From positions 1,536,001-1,600,000 of the forward strand of contig OZ271854.1 in the NCBI GenBank assembly GCA_965601925.1: DNA of 64,000 nt. The letters run 5' to 3'. The stretch comes from Alkalispirochaeta sp. (lineage in GTDB: Bacteria > Spirochaetota > Spirochaetia > DSM-27196 > Alkalispirochaetaceae). This document shows, piece after piece, positions 57,362 through 64,000 of this stretch. The notes below the pieces were generated by a model. That model saw only the letters and a program-made list of their open reading frames with translations. It made no database searches and was not told the origin of the DNA. The position numbers and the translations under genes were made by a program. Position 1 is the first letter of the stretch. Every line of letters starts with the position of its first letter.

Positions 57362-58780
57362 TTACGCGCGACTTCCTTCGTCTTTGATCCGTCGTATGAG
57401 CGTCTGAATGACGTCTTCGATCGTGGGATCGGTGCGCATGCGGCTCTCGATACGCTGGCAGGCGTGCATAACCGTCGTGTGGTCTCGCCCGCCGAACTCA
57501 AGGCCGACGTCGGTCATCGACGCCTCGGTGATCTCTCGAGCGATATACATCGCCAGCTGGCGCGGAAACGCCACTTGGCGAGTGCGTTTCTTACCTTTCA
57601 GTTCGTTGGGAGAGAGGTTGAAGTAGTCGGCGACGATGCGCTGAATGATATCGATAGTGATGTTGTTCTGCAGAGGACTCGAGAAGAAGTCCTTGAGCTG
57701 CCGTTGTGCCACCTCGACGGTCACCTCTTTGTTCACGAGCTCGGCGTAGGCGATGATCCGTGTGAGTGCCGCCTCGAGATCCCGAACGTTGGTGGTAATC
57801 TTCTGACAGATGAGATTGATGACGCCGTCGGGAACGTGCACCCCGGCGGCCTCGGCTTTCTTTTTGAGGATCGCGACCGCGGTCTCCATCTTCGGCGGTT
57901 GCAGATCGACGGTAAGACCCCGGGTGAAGCGATTTTGCAGACGCTCGGTGATGTCTTTGATTTCGCTCACCGGACGGTCCGACGTGAACACCATCTGCTT
58001 CTTGGCGTCGAACAACGCATTGAAGGTGTGAAAGAGCTCTTCCTGCGTCTCGTGCTTCTTCTGGAGAAAGTGAATGTCGTCGATGAGCAGCACATCGGCG
58101 TGGCGATACTTGTTCTTAAAGAGATGGGTCTTGTTCTCCTGAATGGAACGAATGAACTCGTTGGTGAAGTCTTCGGCGGTGACGTACACGATCTTCATGT
58201 TCGTGTCGTTTTGCCAGACGCTGTTACCGATCGACTGCAGGAGGTGCGTCTTGCCCAAGCCGACACCGCCGTAGATGAGACACGGATTGTAGGTCGTGCC
58301 CGGATTCTTTGCGATCGCCATCGCCGCGTTGGCTGCAAACCGGTTGTTGTCACCGACGACGAAGTTCTCGAAGGTGTATTCTCTGCTCAAACCGGGAGCG
58401 GTTCCGATCGGTTTGGGCTTGGCGACGGCGGTGCCGTTACGCGGTTCCGGTTCGGCCGCCTCGTGCTGAATCGTACGAGCGATACGCCGTTTTGAGGAAC
58501 GCTCCGGTGCGGGCGCTATCTCCGCCCGCCGGATTTCGAAGTCGAGCTGAAACGGACGTCCGGAGAGTTCGTACAGTTTTTTTTCGATTAAGTCGAGATA
58601 ACGCTGTTTTACTTGATCTCGATAAAAAGAAGACGGCACCATGACCGTAATACTCTGCTCTTCCGAGCGGGCGTATTCGATCTGCTGAAACCACATGACA
58701 AACTCCTGCTCGGAGATTTGGTGCTCGATGTGCTTCAGCGCTTCGTCCCAGAATACGTGATTATCGTGCCAATCGCTCAT
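57362..58780 (-). CDS. dnaA: Chromosomal replication initiator
   Basis: YTFENFVVG, GGVGLGKTHL, LLIDDIHF, NVRDLE, FGGRDHTTVMHA. Confidence 0.99.
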   Translation of the reverse strand: MSDWHDNHVFWDEALKHIEHQISEQEFVMWFQQIEYARSEEQSITVMVPSSFYRDQVKQRYLDLIEKKLYELSGRPFQLDFEIRRAEIAPAPERSSKRRIARTIQHEAAEPEPRNGTAVAKPKPIGTAPGLSREYTFENFVVGDNNRFAANAAMAIAKNPGTTYNPCLIYGGVGLGKTHLLQSIGNSVWQNDTNMKIVYVTAEDFTNEFIRSIQENKTHLFKNKYRHADVLLIDDIHFLQKKHETQEELFHTFNALFDAKKQMVFTSDRPVSEIKDITERLQNRFTRGLTVDLQPPKMETAVAILKKKAEAAGVHVPDGVINLICQKITTNVRDLEAALTRIIAYAELVNKEVTVEVAQRQLKDFFSSPLQNNITIDIIQRIVADYFNLSPNELKGKKRTRQVAFPRQLAMYIAREITEASMTDVGLEFGGRDHTTVMHACQRIESRMRTDPTIEDVIQTLIRRIKDEGSRA

Positions 58781-58792
58781 ATATGCCCCGGT

Positions 58793-59050
58793 TTATCCAC
58801 AACTTATCCACACTTGTGCTTCGATCTCGGTTTTGAACAAGAGATTATAATAGCATAGCTCAAGGCTATTTCCAGCTAGAATGGCGGGTGAATTTGGGGT
58901 GTTTTATGCGATATGTCGGCCTCTAGAGAACCGTATTCGCCTGTGGAAAGTGTTTTCCACACTGTTCAACACGCATAATTGTCTATGAGTACGTTGTTTG
59001 GAGCCGATCGATAGAGTTATCCACAGATAATCCCCATATGTTCCACGGAC
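58793..59050. other. DnaA-box cluster upstream of dnaA (oriC/autoregulatory)
   Basis: TTATCCACA at 58793, 58804, 59017; tgtggaaag at 58942; ttttccaca at 58953. Confidence 0.88.
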
Positions 59051-59125
59051 GGTGTTATTTATACTTCGATATATGGAGAATGTGTGTCTTTCGGGTCCGG
59101 GACGTGTTCCCGAACCCAAGGCGGC

Positions 59126-59494
59126 TCACGCATCGGCGTGGAGCGCGACTCTGTTTCCCTCGCTGTCCTCGAAGTGAGCGACAAATCCGAACTCGCCGAT
59201 CGGTGTCTTTCCGTTAATGATCGATCCGCCGGCCCGTTCGACCGCTTCCAAGGCCTTCTCGATACTCGCCACGCTGAAGTATACCATCGATCCTGCGCGA
59301 GACGGCGTGTACGACTCCGCCTGAACGAGGCTTCCCGTCGCAAAGGGCGCACCGCGTTCCATCGGAAACCACGCCATTCTCATCGGCCCCATCTCTTGTA
59401 GTGAGAGTTCGTAACCGAGTACCGCCTCGTAGAAGATCTTCGCACGATTGAGATCGGCAACGGGAATTTCAAACCAATTAACCGGATTGGGCAT
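59126..59494 (-). CDS. VOC family protein
   Basis: WFEIPVADLNRAKIFY...GFVAHFEDSEGNRVALH. Confidence 0.92.
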   Translation of the reverse strand: MPNPVNWFEIPVADLNRAKIFYEAVLGYELSLQEMGPMRMAWFPMERGAPFATGSLVQAESYTPSRAGSMVYFSVASIEKALEAVERAGGSIINGKTPIGEFGFVAHFEDSEGNRVALHADA

Positions 59495-59667
59495 ACGTTC
59501 CTCCTCGTCGTATTACTCAAACGGTAAGAAGAATCAATCGCAAAAAACAGTGGCGTTACCGACAATACCGCGAGGTCTTTACGACATCACAGCGCATGTC
59601 TTTGCATACACCGGTGCACCGTGCCGCTGCGCTTCTCTTCTCCGGGGAGCTTCTCTATACTCTGTTC

Positions 59668-62600
59668 ATGCACGGTTCGCCGCCTTTCGATCTCGAGCAC
59701 TTTCACCCGATCGTTGCGCAGTGGTTTGCCGAAGAGGTCGGAGAGCCGACACCGGTCCAGGCGGAGGCGTGGCCCCTCATCGCGACCGGAGAGCACTGCC
59801 TCATCAGCGCTCCGACCGGAACCGGTAAGACATTGGCGGCGTTCCTCATCGCCGTCGACGCGATCATCCGCGGCCACGAGGGGCGTGTACTCTATATCTC
59901 GCCGCTCAAGGCGCTCAACAATGACATCGAGCGCAACCTACAACGCCCCCTTTCGGCGTTGCGCCGCCGGTTCAGCGCTGCAGGCGAGGGTTTTCCGGAA
60001 ATTCGCGTCGGTGTGAGAAGCGGCGACACCGAGCAGTCCGAGCGTCGGCGGCTCGTCGCGCATCCTCCCGAGATTCTCGTCACGACACCCGAGAGCCTCA
60101 ATCTGATGCTCTCCTCCAAGAGCGGACTCCGCGGACTCGCCGGATTCACCACGGTCATTCTCGATGAGATTCACGCGGTACTCTCATCCAAGAGAGGAAC
60201 CTACCTCATGAGCGGTGTCGAGCGACTCGTCCCGCTGTGCGGCGAGTTCCAGCGTATCGCCCTCTCGGCTACGGTGCGACCGATGGCGCTGGTGGCCGAA
60301 ATTCTGGGCGCTTTTCGGCTGAAGCACATCGGCGAAGAGTACGAGTACGTATCGAGACGTGTACGTACCGTCGATGTACACAGTACCAAGCGATACGAGA
60401 TCTCCGTCGGCTTTCCCGAGGTCGGTGGGAATCGCAGAACGCCGGCGGAGATCGTAACGCCGGGGGAGGAGAGCGACGAGTGGTGGAACGCCATTACCGA
60501 ACGCTTAATCCGCCACATTCGCGTCAACCGCTCCACACTCATATTCGCCAATAGCCGACGAATGGTGGAGAAGATCGCGCGGTTGATAAATGAATCGGGA
60601 GAGGAGTCCGTCTACGCCCATCACGGATCGCTCTCCAAGGAGATTCGTGCCGTCGTTGAGGAGCGCCTGAAAGCCGGGGAGCTCTCGGCGATCGTCGCAA
60701 CGAGCTCTCTGGAGCTCGGTATCGATATCGGCGAGATCGACGAGGTCGTACTCGTTCAGGCGCCGTTCTCCATCGCCTCGACGATACAGCGGATCGGGCG
60801 CGCCGGACACGGGGTGGGCGCAACATCCCGTGCCACGATTTTTCCGATCCACTCCCGCGATTTGATCGAGTCCGCCGCACTGACCGAGGCTATCGGCGAA
60901 GGTGCAATCGAAGACGTCGATCCTCCCGAGAAGCCGCTGGACGTACTTTCCCAGATCATTCTCTCCACCGCACTCTTCGACCCCGTGTCGATCCATGACC
61001 TGTTTCTCCAGCTGCGCTGTATCCACGCCTACAGGAATCTCGGCCGCCGGGAGCTGGAGATCGTCGTGGAGATGCTTGCAGGACGCTACGCCGATACACG
61101 TATCAAGGAGCTCAATCCGAGGGCCATTTACGATCGCACGATGGGGACGATTCAGGCGCGGAAGAACGCGGCGATGCTCCTGTATATGTCCGGTGGGGTG
61201 ATTCCCGATCGGGGTTACTTCAATCTGCGCATCGCCGACTCGAAGGTAAAGATCGGCGAGCTGGACGAGGAGTTCGTGTGGGAGCGCTCTCTCGGAGAGG
61301 CCTTTCCCTTCAGCAATCGCGCCTGGCGCATTACCCGGATCACCCACAACGACGTCGAGGTCCTTCCCGCGGACCGGAGTAACACGATCGTTCCCTTTTG
61401 GATCGCCGACGACATATCGCGGCCCTTCGTCTTCTCCGAGCGTATCGCCGGCTTTCTTGAGAAGGCCGAGGCGTTGCTCAGCGAAAAACGGGATCTCGCC
61501 GGTGAGCTCGAACGCGTTCATCGTATGGAGCGTTTCGCCGCGCAGTCGCTGTACGATTATCTCAGTCTACAGCGGTCTCGCACCGGCTCCGCGCTTCCCC
61601 ATCGTCGCCACGTGCTCATCGAGCGCTATCACGATCCCAAGGGCAACGTCGACTCGATGCAAATCGTCATTCACACCATATGGGGAGCGGCGGTAAACAA
61701 GCCTCTCGCCATGTGCCTCTCCGCGGTGTGGAATGAACGCTTCGGGTATCCGTTGGAGACCTTCACCAATAACGACGCGGTTCTTCTCAACGCGGTGAGT
61801 GACTACGACGAGACGAAGCTGTTTCAGCTTTTGGAAGGTCGGGATCTTGCGCGACTCCTGCGCGAATCGATCGAAGGGGGAGGCGTCTTCGGAGCACGAT
61901 TCAGGGAGAACGCACAACGCGCGCTCCTCCTTCCGCGAAAGCGCTTTTCCGAACGTATGCCCCTGTGGATCAATCGTCTGCGCTCCAAGAAGCTGCTCCA
62001 GGCTACCTCTCGACACGAGGATTTTCCGATCATCCTCGAGACGTGGCGGGAGTGTATGCAAAGCGAGTTTGATCTCGAGCAACTCATAGAGCTGCTTGCC
62101 GAAATCCGTCACGGTGAGATAGCGCTCTCGTTTGTACATACCGATACGCCCTCGCCCTTCGCCGCCTCGATCCTGTGGCGCCAAATCGAAGTACTCATGT
62201 ACACCGACGACGCGGCCGCGCCGGATCTACGCACCTCCTTGAGCGATGAGTTGCTACGAGAGGTACTTCACTCGCCCCATTTGCGTCCCGAGATTCCGGC
62301 CGAGCTCGCCGAAGCGCTGCGACGAAAGCTGCAGCGCGTGGAGGCGGATTACGCCCCCGACTCGGCGGAGGAGCTTCTTGCGTGGGTCGACGAGCGACTC
62401 TACATTCCCGCTTCCGAGTGGCGCGAGCTTTTAGAGGCGATTGAGCGCGGCGGCGGCGATTCGTACGCGATCGTCGCCGCGGTGGAACACCGACTGTACC
62501 GTTACCAGCGGGACGGCGAGGTAATCGGTGTGCTTGCCGGCGAACGGCGCGCCTTCTTCGAAGAGGCCGTGGCCGGCGCGGTGGATCGGACACCCGACGA

Positions 62601-64000
62601 TGCGGCGATCGATGGTACCACGGAGGACGATGACGGCGACGAAGGAAATCACGCGACGACCCTCCATCGGTTCGTCGTCCAATGGTTGGATTACTACGGT
62701 CCCGTCTCGATATCGTGGATCGAGCGCACGGTGCCGGTCAGCGCCGATGCGTTGGATCGTGTCATAGACGATCTGACACACAGCGGGGCGCTCATTCTCG
62801 ATCGGATTACCACCGGAGCGACGGAGGACCAGCTTTGTTCACGAGAGAACCTCGAGCGGCTTCTGCGTATGCGGCGCGCTGCGGCCAGACCGTCCCTCGA
62901 GCCCTTGTCGCCGCAACGGTTTCAGCTCTTCTTAGCACACTACCAGGGGCTCGCGACGCGCGGCGACTCGTTGGAAGAGATGGAAGGGCGGCTCGAGCAG
63001 CTGTTCGGCTATCCGGCGCGCGCCGCACATTGGGAGAGTGAGCTATTGCCCGCGCGGGTCGACCCGTACTATCCGAGCTGGTTGGACCGCGCTATGGGCG
63101 AGAGCGAGCTGGTCTGGTTCGGTTGCGGCGTCAGGCGCGTCACATTCGCGTTCGAAAGCGATCTCGATCTCTTCCCCCAACCGCGGCGGCGGGAAGGTAA
63201 GGGCGAACCATCGTCCGAGTCCGGGGTCGAAATGAAAATCGAGGAGGTTCTGGCGCGCGGCGGCGTCTTCAATTTTCTCGATCTCGTTCGTGAGGCGGAA
63301 TGCAAGAGCGAAGAGGCGGCGTCTGCATTGTGGCGTCTCGTGTGGGTCGGGGCGGTGCGCAACGACGGGATCGAGGCGTTGCGCCGCGGTATTGCCACCA
63401 ATTTTGCCGCCGAGACGATCGCCGGGGTCGCCGAGAGGGATCGGCGCGGGCGATCGCGCGTGCCGAGCGGGCGGAGTTACAATCGCTGGAAGGCGACGCG
63501 CCCGATGAGCGGAAACTGGATCCACTTGGGAGCGGCGGACGAATCCGACGATCCGGTGGAGGAGAGCGAACTCATCAAGGATCGGATCAGGACGCTCTTT
63601 GCCCGCTACGGCGTTCTCTTTCGGGAGATTCTCAAGCACGAGCTGCCCGCCTTGCAATGGAGCCGACTCTTTCGCACCCTAAGGCTCATGGAACTCTCCG
63701 GCGAGATCACCACCGGCCACTTCGTCGAGGGCGTCGTTGGGTTGCAGTTCGTCTCCCATGCCGCGCTACGGCGCCTCGCAGACCCGCTTCCCGACGACAC
63801 GATCTATTGGATGAACGCCGCCGACCCCGCCTCGTTATGCGGAATCGATGTCGAGTCGGTCAAACGCGTGTTGCCCCATCGCCTCCCGACGACCCATCTC
63901 GTCTTTCACGGAGAGCGGGTGGTCGTAATATCGGAGAAGAGAGGGAAGGACGTTACCGTGTTCGCCCCTCCGGATTCACCGCGACTGACCGAGTACCTTG
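59668..64000 (+). CDS. lhr: Lhr-family DEAD/DEAH helicase, long form, 3'-truncated by window edge
   Basis: Absent from ORF track (no stop in window); FHPIVAQWF, APTGTGKT, ISPLKALNND, TTPESL, DEIH, HHGSLS, TSSLELGIDIG, QRIGRAGH, GGVIPDRG, RYGV, AADPA. Confidence 0.93.
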   Translation, partial: MHGSPPFDLEHFHPIVAQWFAEEVGEPTPVQAEAWPLIATGEHCLISAPTGTGKTLAAFLIAVDAIIRGHEGRVLYISPLKALNNDIERNLQRPLSALRRRFSAAGEGFPEIRVGVRSGDTEQSERRRLVAHPPEILVTTPESLNLMLSSKSGLRGLAGFTTVILDEIHAVLSSKRGTYLMSGVERLVPLCGEFQRIALSATVRPMALVAEILGAFRLKHIGEEYEYVSRRVRTVDVHSTKRYEISVGFPEVGGNRRTPAEIVTPGEESDEWWNAITERLIRHIRVNRSTLIFANSRRMVEKIARLINESGEESVYAHHGSLSKEIRAVVEERLKAGELSAIVATSSLELGIDIGEIDEVVLVQAPFSIASTIQRIGRAGHGVGATSRATIFPIHSRDLIESAALTEAIGEGAIEDVDPPEKPLDVLSQIILSTALFDPVSIHDLFLQLRCIHAYRNLGRRELEIVVEMLAGRYADTRIKELNPRAIYDRTMGTIQARKNAAMLLYMSGGVIPDRGYFNLRIADSKVKIGELDEEFVWERSLGEAFPFSNRAWRITRITHNDVEVLPADRSNTIVPFWIADDISRPFVFSERIAGFLEKAEALLSEKRDLAGELERVHRMERFAAQSLYDYLSLQRSRTGSALPHRRHVLIERYHDPKGNVDSMQIVIHTIWGAAVNKPLAMCLSAVWNERFGYPLETFTNNDAVLLNAVSDYDETKLFQLLEGRDLARLLRESIEGGGVFGARFRENAQRALLLPRKRFSERMPLWINRLRSKKLLQATSRHEDFPIILETWRECMQSEFDLEQLIELLAEIRHGEIALSFVHTDTPSPFAASILWRQIEVLMYTDDAAAPDLRTSLSDELLREVLHSPHLRPEIPAELAEALRRKLQRVEADYAPDSAEELLAWVDERLYIPASEWRELLEAIERGGGDSYAIVAAVEHRLYRYQRDGEVIGVLAGERRAFFEEAVAGAVDRTPDDAAIDGTTEDDDGDEGNHATTLHRFVVQWLDYYGPVSISWIERTVPVSADALDRVIDDLTHSGALILDRITTGATEDQLCSRENLERLLRMRRAAARPSLEPLSPQRFQLFLAHYQGLATRGDSLEEMEGRLEQLFGYPARAAHWESELLPARVDPYYPSWLDRAMGESELVWFGCGVRRVTFAFESDLDLFPQPRRREGKGEPSSESGVEMKIEEVLARGGVFNFLDLVREAECKSEEAASALWRLVWVGAVRNDGIEALRRGIATNFAAETIAGVAERDRRGRSRVPSGRSYNRWKATRPMSGNWIHLGAADESDDPVEESELIKDRIRTLFARYGVLFREILKHELPALQWSRLFRTLRLMELSGEITTGHFVEGVVGLQFVSHAALRRLADPLPDDTIYWMNAADPASLCGIDVESVKRVLPHRLPTTHLVFHGERVVVISEKRGKDVTVFAPPDSPRLTEYL

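Overview
GC-rich bacterial chromosome window, most likely from a free-living Spirochaetales (inferred from the L34 C-terminal extension [10 protein letters not shown], the dnaA-dnaN-recF-dciA...rpmH-rnpA-yidC-jag order and the tandem SPFH genes). The right third holds the replication origin region (dnaA flanked by DnaA boxes, DnaA-trios and an AT-rich unwinding element), an ahcY-metK-metF operon and a long Lhr helicase that runs off the window. The middle carries a gatC-gatA-gatB-aspS operon in which GatB is fused to a complete asparaginase/GatD-like domain whose first catalytic Thr is replaced by Ala; this is the most striking feature. The left third is accessory: a ~2.6 kb lower-GC islet between ~125-bp direct repeats (hydrolase, AbiJ-like pseudogene, IS481 remnant) and a sigma-54 module (enhancer-binding protein, two divergent -24/-12 promoters, an MMPL transporter fused to a LolA-like domain, a putative porin). 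Two further dispersed, structured non-coding repeats each occur twice. No rRNA, tRNA or CRISPR array was recognised. All family calls come from motif recognition by eye; no database searches were run.
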